Positions 13,708 through 24,531 of a stretch of DNA of 64,000 nucleotides are shown piece by piece. The stretch covers positions 38,564,001 to 38,628,000 of the forward strand of contig NC_134472.1 of NCBI RefSeq assembly GCF_964194025.1, in the 5' to 3' direction. How positions within the stretch are numbered: the stretch's first letter is position 1; the number at the start of each line of letters is the position of its first letter. Made by a program: the position numbers and the translations under genes. The notes under the pieces are model-generated. The model was not told where the DNA came from and did no database searches. It saw only the letters and a list, made by a program, of their open reading frames with translations. This DNA is from Convolutriloba macropyga. Lineage: Eukaryota.

Positions 13708-14199
13708 CGTTATTCGTGCGGTGCTCAAAAGTATGGAAAGCTCTGTTTTCGGAAACACCATACGTCAATGGTGACAAATAGGCAAACAAAAAATAATTGG
13801 AATGGTGGACAGTAGTGTCTATCATCAGCTATAGATTGCTCTCTGGTTTAATGAAAATTGGATTAAAATAATCCAGAAAAAAAACGAGAGATTCGATATA
13901 AGTTAACTTGAATATTAACTACAGATTAAGATTGACTCTCCTTGGTCGATGCATTTTGAGTTGCATGATCTGCTACTTGTAATCTCCTGAATCAATGGCA
14001 ACTATAGCATCAAATTTTCCCATAGGTTGAAACGCGCTAAATACTGAAGGAACGACGAAGGGCATAATGAGCTGGTTAAAATACTGAAAACTCAAAACGA
14101 AAATGGCGGATAAGAATTTTTGAAAAGAGCAAGTGATTTGCTAAATCTAATTAGAAAAATTCATACATGGGGTTGCTAAGTAGTTTTTTTACCTTGGGA

Positions 14200-16550
14200 G
14201 TGATTTTTTACAATCCAAAGAATTTGGATTGTATAGGTGCTCTGTCTATTTTTTGTAAGATGTTTTCACACATTTTTCAATGACTTTGAGCTTCTGAACA
14301 GCTCGGCGGGCATTAAGTTGCAATAGAGGACCTCAGCTGGCCTTAGTAACCTTAGCTTAAGGTGCTTAATGTGCTGAAACTGCTGTAAGGTCTAATTTCA
14401 AGGTGAAAAGGTTAGTTTTCGCTGTTTTTGAGCCCTGAATGCAGCAACTTTTTTCTTGTTTGTCAATTTTCTTGAATTTTTGTAAATTTGGTTATTTCAA
14501 AGTTCGGTCATTGTTTATTTGGCTATTATGCTATATCTTTTTGATAATGTTTTTGGTCTGTTTTATTTGTTTATGTCAACTTTAACACCAGAGTCAAAGC
14601 ATTTTTCACTAAATTATTTAAGTTTTCAAGGCTTGAAATGGGTTTTTAAAAGGATAGAATTGTGTTTTATTAAAACAAAACTCACTGATTGTGGTTTTTG
14701 CTTCTGCTTGTTGGTGTCCAGAAAAACATCTAAAGAATTTCATTTTGTGTTTTCATTTTTTTTTTTTACTGTTTTTGTATAACTCAGTTCTCGTTAACTT
14801 CACAACCGGAATATCTACGAGAAATTCCGTTTTCATAATACTCATTTTGGGTCAAAAATTTATTAGTTGGAAGTTTCTGTTCAATTCTTTGGATTTTAAT
14901 TCAGGCTGTTTTTTTAAATTTTGTAAGATGTTTTTACACCTTTTTCCATGACTTAGAGCTGTCAAAACGGGATAAGCAGGTAAAGCTCTGCTGATATTAA
15001 TATGCATTAGAGGCCCTTAGCTTGTAGTGGTGCAATTGCTGGCGCAATGAAGGCCTTAATTCAGGGTTAAAAGGTAATAGTTTTTGAGCCAAAAATGTGC
15101 ATTTTCACGTTTTTTTAAATCATTTTCAAGTTTTTGTTTCATCAGTCCTTAAATGGCGTTTTTCAAAGTTGATAACGGTCTTTTGCACGACAAATACTTT
15201 TTCTGAGCGTTTTGTGAGCTATATGTTTTTTACTGCAAAATAAACACGCAAAAAGAAAGGGTCAGTTAAATTTTCAAATTTCGTCTTAAAAATGGGTTAC
15301 TGGAAAGATTCGAGAGAACGGGGCAATTAATGTTATTTCTTGCAAAGTGTTTACTGGACATATTCAAGAGAAAAAAAATGGCTTTGAATATATTAATCGG
15401 TTCTTAATTGGTTTTTTACAATCCAAAGAATTCTGATTGTATTTGTGCTCTGTCATTAAAAATCTCTCTGGTACCTTTGAAAATGGGTTAAACAGGTAGT
15501 GCCAAGCGGGAATTGAGTTTCATCAGAGGCCCTAAGCTGGTTTTAGTAGTTTTTGAAGTGCCCAGAGTGCTCAACTTGCTGAGAGGGCTTAAATTCAATG
15601 TGACAAGGTCATTTTTGTTGTTTTTGAGTCCAAGATAGTCAATTTTAAATGTTTTTTTTGTCTTTTTAAAGTTTTTTATTGGATAAGTGTCACAATAACG
15701 CTTTCCAAAGTTCATAAAGATCAGTTGCGAGCCATGTCTGTTTTTTTGGGCTTTATAACTTTGTAATGCAAAAACAGTGATAGTAATTTTTGCGATGTTT
15801 GTCGTTATTTTGAGTTTTTCAATCTTTAGGGGTAAGGGAAACCTTTTTAGAGCTTAAAGGTGGTTTACTGGATGGTTTCTGGAGACAATGGGATGTTTCT
15901 GAAACTATCATTATCAAGAAGTTTAGCGGCGTTTCTTTACAGTCTGCAATTTTTGTCAAAATTTTGAAAATTTTTATTTTTGGTTTATGCCCTTTAGGGC
16001 AATTGAATTTTTTGAGAGTTTAAATTTGGTTTACTAGACAGTGGTTAGAGGTGAAGCAATGGTTTTAAAGATTTTAATGTCCAATTTTTGTCGTCTATTC
16101 AATGAAATTTGCAGTTTTCATCAAGTTCTTTTTCGTTTTTACAGTCTTTCAATCTATAGGGAGCAATGGAACTTTTGAGTTTGGCGATGAATTACTTGAT
16201 AATTTTAGTGACAATGAAGTACTTTTTAAGATCATAGCTTCTTGAATTTTAGAGACGTCAATAAAATTTGCAGTTTTTTTCAGTTTATAAAGTTTTTGTT
16301 AACGTTTTTCGATCTGTAGTGTCCATAGAGTTTTGAGGTCGTTGCTGTGTCTATACATTAACTTTAACTTTACAATTTACATGTTGAAAGTTTTTAATGC
16401 CATAAGTTCTATCGGATCTTACTAACTTCTCAGTGATTATTAAAAAGAAGTGACATTTCTTTTCCGGTCTATTTCTGATTCTTTTTGAGACTGCAGATCT
16501 ACGAAGCTATCGCGGCTATCCTCTGGCAATCTTTCAGCTATATTTATCAG
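14200..16550 (+). mobile_element. Composite of decayed Helentron-like repeat modules ending in a family-A 3' terminus
   Basis: Module ACAATCCAAAGAATTTGGATTGT...AGAGGCCCT(C/A)AGCTGG recurs at ~14210, ~14885 and ~15418 (also ~58500, ~60100). Terminus GCTATCGCGGCTATCCTCTGGCAATCTTTCAGCTATATTT at 16506-16545. Confidence 0.5.
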
Positions 16551-17428
16551 GTTGAAAACAAAATTTGTTTAAGCTGCTTGAGATAGAAATTAAGAGATGA
16601 CATCAGTACACAAAAACTTTGAGGCACGTTGCTAGTATGTCATTTTGTTCCCCTCACAATATTTTGCTGTTGATTTATTTACTTCCACATCTGTTGGAAC
16701 CATGTGCGCGCACACATTACCTTGTCAGGTTTTGGCATATGATACCCTTTCTGATTTTTTGATGAAGTGGTGGGAAAGGAGATGATGATTGTTTTTTTTT
16801 GTAGAAGAGCTTGCAGTATTTTTTGAACATTTTTCCAAAATAAATTTTTCCAGGATGATGGAAATGCTTAGGGCCTGAGGACTAATTTTTTATCAGCGCA
16901 TGATGTGATGCACGTCCCGAAATTGAGGACATTTTATGCAAGAATTTTTGAAGAATTACGAATTTTAGAAATTTAAGTTTTTAAGCTTATATGGAATGCC
17001 AAACGGCATACATTGATTAGCTTAAGTTATATCGACGTGCACTTGGTCAAAACTTAGGAGCAAGTGAAAAAATGGGAATTTTTTGTTTTTGGAAATAAAA
17101 AATTCTACACTAAATTAAATAAAAAATTCATTTTTACACTTTGGTAAAATAGAGTAAAATGGAGTAATGGAGTGACTTGAAATGCTAGTTAAGGCTCCTT
17201 ATGATGCCAAAAGTGAAAAATCACCATTTTTGGATAAGATTTAAATAACTATAATTCTTGTTTTTTGAAACTGGCCAAATTATTTGCAACTCCGATAAGT
17301 TGAAAAATGTTACCGCAAAAGCATTCCCAAGGAACGGACTGTGAGGGCCCCGACCACATGGTTCAGTTTTTGCATTGCCAACCTGTCGGCCACCAAACGT
17401 AAGTGAAAAAGTTCTTGTATCTGTTTAG

Positions 17429-17785
17429 GCAGGAAACGAGTTCCCGCCAACAGTTGTAGACCAGTTGTATTTATGGGAAATGGAAACGGGGAAGATGACC
17501 TTCACTCCAGGAGTTCTCTATTCAAATTTCCTATCCCACGCCCAATTTCAATTCCTTCACCAGTACGCAGTCAGTTTACCTTCCCAATCTGGACATTGCA
17601 AATCCCAGAGTGCTGGGAGCAGTAGTGACCAGATACAAGGAGTACCTCAAGATCCCTCAGATTTGGTAGCGGGTGGTGTTTTGTATGCGAACAGCACACG
17701 TCGAATGATGGTGGTCGATGAAGCTAGTCATGAGCCGGTAAAGAAACACTGGAAGGCCAATAAGTCACGCTTCGAAGCTTCGTGA
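17429..17785 (+). CDS. GTF2H4: GTF2H4 coding exon 2 (C-terminal domain); spliced product ~507 aa
   Basis: Acceptor CTGTTTAG| at 17428, phase 0. Reads AGNEFPPTVVDQLYLWEME..FTPGVLYSNFLS...GVLYANSTRRMMVV...HEPVKKHWK, matching the p52 C-terminus (PPTITDQIRLWELE..GVLYNQFLS). Intron 2378-17428. Confidence 0.92.
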   Translation, partial: AGNEFPPTVVDQLYLWEMETGKMTFTPGVLYSNFLSHAQFQFLHQYAVSLPSQSGHCKSQSAGSSSDQIQGVPQDPSDLVAGGVLYANSTRRMMVVDEASHEPVKKHWKANKSRFEAS

Positions 17786-17972
17786 CCTGAAATTTGACAT
17801 GATCTCATTGGCTGTTATCTTGATTTACTCTATTTGTTTTGAATTGATTGTTGCATATTAAGATGAGATATTTATCTGATTAGTGCTCCCTATTTTAATT
17901 ATTAAGGGTTTGGGCGTGATGGAGAAATTAATGATCCTTGTTTATTCTTACAGGTGTCACTTTTCAGATTAA

Positions 17973-18666
17973 ATGAAAATTGCATGTGCTCTAACAAAAT
18001 GGGCCGATTTCATACCCAAATGCAAGCGTCACATGTTTACTGCTCACTTAGCTTCCCTCAAAGACAAACGAGCAATGTTTGCACAACAGCTTCCAGACCC
18101 AATCACTGAAGATCTGATTAATGATTTGAACGGATCGTACAACTGGTCCACTTATTGCGGCGTCGACCCAACAGGACCATCATTACACCTCGGACACCTG
18201 TTTCCCCTCATGGCACTGTTTAACATCAGACGTGTTGGCTATCCTGTTATTGTATTGATCGGTGGAGCAACCGCTAGAATTGGAGATCCTAGTGACAAAA
18301 AGGAGCAGCGCAAAGTTCTTCCTACAGATACTTTAAATCAGAATAAAGAGAAGCTTCGCAAACAGATTGCCAGTTTGGATCGTAATTTTATCAGTTATAT
18401 TGAGAAGCAGAATAGTGACTTGAAAAATGTGGGGGAAATGAAAATAGTTGACAACAGTGAGTGGTATGACAATGAATCGCTGGTTCCTTTTCTAGCCGAA
18501 AGTGGACGATGGATGAGTGTTAGTCACATGTTATCTCTCTCGTTCGTGAAACAGAGACTCCAAAGTGGAAATAAACTGAGCTTGGCCGAACTTTTCTACC
18601 AGATGCTTCAGGCACATGACTTTCTCCAGCTGTTGGAGCGATACAACTGTCGTGCACAAGTAGGAG
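17973..18666 (+). CDS. YARS2: Mitochondrial tyrosyl-tRNA synthetase, exon 1
   Basis: YCGVDPTGPSLHLGH (HIGH motif), LIGGATARIGDPS, VDNSEWY, ELFYQMLQAHDF. A phase-1 donor G|GTCCCT after 18666 is needed to rebuild QVGGSDQWGN. Confidence 0.93.
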
Positions 18667-18999
18667 GTCCCTCATTTTAACATTTGAATTTGTGAAAATA
18701 GCCAAGTTTTTCTATCATAAAAAATTTTCAATTAATACTTGCAAAATTTTTTTAAGCGGTGTATAGATTTTTGGCTAGTCAACTATCTCAAATTCTGCTT
18801 CAAGTGGCGTAGACTGAATTTGGTTTGGTTTCGATTAAGCAGTGGCTTTTTCCGTGATTTGATTGAAATTTTGTCATTCATTCGTTGATTAACAAAGTTG
18901 CGGTATTTGTCAAATTGAGATAAGTGAGCTTGGAAACTGCTCTTTTGGTATGCCAGAAAATGTTTCACGTGAAAGTTCTTTAACATTGTATTTTTTCAG

Positions 19000-19580
19000 G
19001 CTCTGATCAGTGGGGCAATATGCTAGGTGGCTATGAGTACATAAAAGCGAGAAAAGGAGTTCGGACTCTTTGCTTAACAACCCCATTACTTCTATCTGGT
19101 CAGTCTAAGATGGGCAAAAGTAACACCAATCCTTCACCCGATTCATCAGGCAGTGGCAGTCTAGTCGCCAACAGCAACGTTTGGTTAGATGCAGATATGA
19201 CCTCGCCCTATGCGATGTATCAGTATCTACTGCAGCGTAGTGATGCAGAAGCGCCTCAAATGCTGAAATCTTTGTCCCTTACTGATGACGTCACTGTACA
19301 TCAACCGTTATCCTCAATCTCAACAGAATCAAGTGACGACGTTCGGTTTGTCCAAAGAAAATTAGCTGAAACGGTTGTGAAATTTGTCCATGGCGAAGTA
19401 GGATTAAAGGAAGCCCAGTTAGCTACGCATCATCTACATGCGAGAAAACCATGTTTGGATAATGTTGACGAAGAAGCGCTCGAAAGTCTTCTTAAAAGTG
19501 TTCAAGTAATTGATGTGCGTTGTGAAGAAACAATAGCACAAGTACTGTCGAGGTGTCATTTTTTTGCATATGGAATTGAG
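19000..19580 (+). CDS. YARS2: YARS2 exon 2
   Basis: Acceptor TTTTTTCAG|. Encodes SDQWGN, KMGKS (KMSKS motif), VWLDADMTSPYAMYQY and QRKLAETVVKFVHGEVGL. Donor GAG|GTAAGT, phase 0. Confidence 0.93.
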
Positions 19581-20349
19581 GTAAGTCGTATCATTGCAGC
19601 CGTCTAACTTATCGTCCGCCTTGTTACGTAGTTTGTTCTTTGTGTTTATAATAATAATATTAAATTTAACCAAGCTTGGTTTTACCAACTTCGCATACCC
19701 CGATTGTGGTTGGATTAGCTTTGGGTTTTTCTTTTTTCATGTCTCAAATAATATCCATCCAGAGGGGTATAACTTGTATCTGAAGTTTACTTGTGATTCT
19801 TCGTTCAAAAATCTTGTTAGCTCACTCTTGAATTTAGTTGTGTTCGAGAGGGCTAAGTTCAATTAATGGACTATTAATTCAGATTAGAGCACTGTGAGTT
19901 ATTAACCAAGTAATGAAGTAATGTAATTAATGTAATTTGCTTAAAAAAATTATGCACGAGCATGTGAAAAGCACAAAAGCGATGACTACCCAGTTTCTAC
20001 TCGATTTCTCCATATTTTCGGTAATTTTGGTGGCTTGTTTATCAGATGCGCAGTAAATAAGAGGAGGCAGTGATGGTAAACAGACAAAATCTCCTCATTT
20101 CTTAAATAAATTTAAGAAATAAAAATTTTACTAAGGCCGGATTATAAAAATTCATTGACTGTTTGGGGGTCTTTTTAATGCTGCCTTTGGAAGGTTAATG
20201 CTGTTACTCTCGGAGCGCAGAGAAATCGTGGAAACAATTAGGCAGTTCTGTGTAATTCTTATAGCAGTGCTTCAAAAGAGCAGTGCTTTAAAAAACGAGG
20301 TATTTTTTTCCTGGACAAGATTGCAGGACTGAAAATGAATTGCGTTGAT

Positions 20350-22520
20350 AAACATTCTTAGTTTTCCTTACATTTAACATCAGTTTAGCTCATTATTCAA
20401 TCATGCGGACAATGCAGCCAAACCTCAAGCAAAGAAGTTGTAAATCAAGAGCTTAGCGAAGAGGATACTGTGCAATCGTTTGCTAACATGTGGGCTACAA
20501 TGTGTCTTGTAGATAAAGGTTCTTTGTCTTCCAGGTTCAGTTTAAGACCAAAATTCTTCAAGAAAAACACAAAGCCTGCACCTCTTTATCACGGAACGTT
20601 GTTTAAATGACTTACCGCCAATAGAGATCTATACTTTAAATTCAAAACTCAGTTTTTTGCGTGGCGCAAGGTTAACGCTATTTGCTTCTGTCGACTCGTA
20701 ACGCTCTACAAAAATTCAGCGGTATGACCGATAAGTCATGGAGAGACGTTTACTTAGAAAGGCAGTTGCTGATTAAACAGATGTAGTCCAATTTTGAGCT
20801 ACTGAGCATTTAACTCGACGGCTCTCCTGTTGTATCGAAGGGTCTACGCATAGACTTAGACAACTATTTGACAAAATTGGTTTTGGCCTGCTGTTATTTG
20901 ACGGAAAAAATGCTTTCCATTTAATCAAGCACAAGGCTACTCATGTAAACGTCAGAAAACACTGGTCACAGTCCTCCAAAATTTAAGCTAGCGCGTGCGC
21001 AGAAACAGGTAATAGCATGTACCGTGAAGGCCTGATTCAAGGGGATCAACTTTCCATGTTTCTCGGAGTTGCCGTGATGCCACTAATTGAACCTTTACGT
21101 CATCTAGAAAAACATTGAAAGACGCCGCTGCTTGCGCTAATTTTAAATTTTCAACTTGACTCGAAAAAATCATTGAAACTGTTTCGAAATTTGGCTTTTA
21201 CGCAGAGCCAGCAAGTGTTTTCTCATTGCCAACCAAAACCACGGAAGCTCAAGGGTATTTTGACAAATTGGGTTTGAAAGTCTTGTGAAAACGGTTTTAG
21301 GTGGTTTTATCGGCGACCGTAACAGTTTGGGATATTTTCTAAACAAAAAGTTAAGAATTGGAACAATTTTAGGCTTCAGATTTTCTATGACGCCCTTGAC
21401 TAATATCTTCATGAAGCGGCTTAAGTTTTCACATGATCAACCCAAGTAGACCACCAGGAGGAGAATAATTCCTACAACCCTTTGAGCACACAACACAAAG
21501 CATATTTTGTCAGCCGTCAAATGATAGTAATGTACATGACATGATGCGTAAGATAGTCAGCCTATGAGCACAACACGGTAGTTTGTTATAACGAACCCCC
21601 GCTTGCAAAGTCAAAGAACAATTTGACGTTTCCAGAGAATCATCAAGCTTGATAGCAGATTCTGTTGTTGTTACAACCGAGTTGAACGCTGAGGAACACG
21701 GATCACCCGTCCATAGGATTTAACTTCGTAAACAAATGGAATCTGATCAATGTCAGCTTTACCTTGAATTTTCAGAGCAGTTAACGAATACTGAGTAGGG
21801 CGGATAGAGAGGAACTTCAATAATGGTAATTTGTTTTAATTAACAGCAACATTTTCCGAGAGATAATTTTTGACGGCCCAAAAAACGATTGTTCTGACGC
21901 CATGGCTCAACGCTAAGGATTCATTGGTTTCAAATAAAAATTCTCTCAAAATCTAATGTGGCCTAGTTTTCAATGTTCAAAATTGCCTTCATCTGCAAGA
22001 GAGGTGGCCTCTGTAAGCAAGGGCATGAAATGCGATATCTTAAGGGATTAAGCTAGCATGGCGTGTCCCTGCACAGAAAATGAACCATTCATCAGAGAAT
22101 GGTCAGAGTTAGGCAGCTCTAAGAGCCAATCTTTTAGTCGGTGGAGTATGGAAGACCTCAAGAAACTCCCTTGTTTGATATCCGTGTCACTGACACAGGC
22201 AAAATCGTTCTGCAGAAACCCGATAGACGTATTAGAGCTGAGCTGATGAAAAGCGAAACAATTATTGGAGCGTATCAGGAGAAGCATATCTCTTTTACCC
22301 TCTGTGTTCAGCGTTGATGATATGATGGCCCGAGAAAGCACTATTTTTCTGAAAAGACTAGAAGATAGATCGTCGTCCAATTGTTAAAAAGCATTTCGCC
22401 AAAATTATGATCTAGATCAATACAAGACTTAGTTCTGCCATACTTAGATTGTCAAACCTTTGTATGAGAGGTGAGAGATGCAAAAGTCAACCTTGCCAGT
22501 TCGAAGATGGAGTGTTTCTT
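20350..22520 (+). mobile_element. Decayed CRE-like (RLE-type) non-LTR retrotransposon remnant in YARS2 intron 2
   Basis: Fragments LGYFLNKK (~21326), ICKRGG (~21991, CCHC-region remnant), PSVFSVDDMMARESTIFLKRLE (~22298) and INTRLSSAILRLSNLCMRGER (~22416) fit the C-terminal pattern of CRE-like elements. The start boundary is uncertain. Confidence 0.65.
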
Positions 22521-23072
22521 GAAGAATGGGTGCTAATTTCAGTATATGCTACCTTGAATAATTGCCGCCCAACGAGAGGGGTTTAGGGAATTCATAATAG
22601 ATCGCCCAAAAGTGGGGAAATTTATGCAAGTGAAACAAATTGAGCAATAATCTTGAAGATTGATTGCTTAAATATTGCACCTGAAATAATATCACCCAAT
22701 GAGAGGGGAATATATTTTTTTTATTCTTCTTGAATCACCCACAGAGGAATTAAACACAGCGCTTGAGTTGACGGGAAGAGAAAGCAATTGATGAATTTAG
22801 CTTCAATTAGTGTACTTTGGTTTTGAATTAGAAGCATGTCAGTATTGAACCAACTGATGTAATTTGGAATTTTTGTGAACTGCTCTCAAACGAAGATTGT
22901 GGATTTAATAGTCCCGCTGATTTTTTATGCGATTGTTTGTACTACCGACTTTTCGTCCTCAAAAAGGGGATAATCATGTGAAGCTCGAAGGGCTTTAAGT
23001 CACAGGAGTTCTCATTACTGATCAGCTTTCCGCTCTACTAGAGCCTTACACCTTATTGGTCTAAAGTATATG

Positions 23073-23178
23073 TTAGAACAAAATCTTAGTCGCCCGAGTG
23101 ACTTAGTCCTCTGATACGAGGGTGGTTGAGCCCGAGTGATGGGCGCCAGGATTGAGGGTGACTAAGATTTTGTTCTAA
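23073..23178. mobile_element. ~106-bp palindromic MITE-like element
   Basis: 23-bp inverted repeat TTAGAACAAAATCTTAGTCGCCC / GGGTGACTAAGATTTTGTTCTAA with 1 mismatch. Internal direct repeat GCCCGAGTGA. Confidence 0.55.
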
Positions 23179-23836
23179 TGTTTTTAGAGAACCAAAGGGT
23201 GCAAAAGTGTTGATCTCCATTTGAAATTGAAGTTAATAGTACAGTTTTGCAGATCTGTGAAAGATTAGTGTTTTCTTAAGGAGTTGAAATAAACCAAACG
23301 TCTCCGTCTCCGATAGCAAAATAAGTTAATTCAAGTGTCAAAAGTTAGATTTCTATGTCTAAGCGCAATATTTCAAACTAAGCTCGCCTCGAAGTTTTAG
23401 TGACCGATGGCATCGTACCCTGGGTTCTCTAAGTATACGATTCACTGAAAATATTGATGAGACATAAATTCATGGCATGAGGAGTTCTTAGAGTTTGACT
23501 GAGCGATTCTTTGTGTTTTTCAGAGTTTGACTCCCTCCCCCCGCTCCTTTAGTTAAGCTTAGGCTAGCGTGCCTTAGCCGCAGCTAGCTGCTGGCAGCCG
23601 CTCGCCTTTTGTTTGAGAACAATGTCAGTTACCTCATTTCCTTTTTTAAAAGGAACTGGCCTTCTAAATGCCTCTCCCCTTTTGCCTTCTCCGATGAATT
23701 TAGTACTGAAAAAGTTTTCTGCTTAGATATAAATAATGAAATGCTCAATATAGTTTAAATTGCTAATACGAATTCCAATTTATCTTGTTGGGATAGTTTC
23801 TGTTGGATTAATTTAACGTTGTTCTTTCTGTTTTAG

Positions 23837-24004
23837 ACAATTGAGACCAAAGTTAAAAATGGGTCTGTGAAAATCAACGGAACGAAAGTGAGGTCATCAG
23901 ATACAGCCTCTATCGAGTTTTTTGATGACAGTCATTATCCTCGGTATGCAATTCTTGCTATTGGGAAACATTACAGATCTCTATTGCATCTCACATCTCT
24001 CTGA
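23837..24004 (+). CDS. YARS2: YARS2 exon 3 (S4-like C-terminal domain); spliced product ~480 aa
   Basis: Acceptor TTTCTGTTTTAG|, phase 0. Reads TIETKVKNGSVKINGTKV...YAILAIGKHYRSLLHLTSL*. Too short to appear in the ORF track. Confidence 0.85.
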   Translation, partial: TIETKVKNGSVKINGTKVRSSDTASIEFFDDSHYPRYAILAIGKHYRSLLHLTSL

Positions 24005-24063
24005 TGATCTGCATGGTGCTAGTTACCTAACTGGAGCTTAATTCTTCATGCATTTTACATTTG

Positions 24064-24069
24064 AATAAA
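24064..24069 (+). terminator. Polyadenylation signal AATAAA of YARS2
   Basis: AATAAA 60 nt after the stop codon, followed by T/GT-rich sequence. Confidence 0.6.
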
Positions 24070-24531
24070 TCTGATATCTTCAGTTGTTTTCATTCGCCCC
24101 ATTAACCGCTGCGCTAGTTAACTCCGATTCTAGTGGGGTTTTTTAATGTGTGTTTTCAACAAGAATTTTTTCTCAACTTGATGAATGGCTTAAAGTTTTG
24201 ACGAAATAAATTGTAATATAGCTTTGTTGATGGCCCTTACTGTAGTACTTAAGAAATATTAGCTGCAAAATATGGTAAATTTTTATGAAATTTATAAAAT
24301 AGAAGTATCGTTATCTTAGCTATGATTTTGTCGAATCAATACATTGCGAAATAATGAACATATCAACAATGGAGTTATCAACAGTTTTAACATTTGGGTC
24401 AATGACGTTTTACCGTTTCCTCTCCGTTCAGAATTGACTGCAATCTGTGTTTTTGTGTACTTTGCGTTCCTAATTTTGTACTGTTCGTAAACAATATTTG
24501 TTCACGATAAAGAGACCCTTGATTTATATAT

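Noticed and set aside
17399-17428. GTAAGT 30 nt upstream of the GTF2H4 exon 2 acceptor as a tiny intron with an extra exon
   Set aside because: The nearest upstream acceptor gives a 32-nt, frame-breaking exon, and the two-exon model already yields a complete p52.
2378-17967. GTF2H4-YARS2 fusion protein by exon skipping
   Set aside because: Both YARS2 acceptors are out of frame with the phase-0 donor, and an in-frame TAA precedes the YARS2 ATG.
23105-23150. Hammerhead ribozyme in the palindrome (CTGATACGAG)
   Set aside because: It lacks the CUGANGA...GAAA core.
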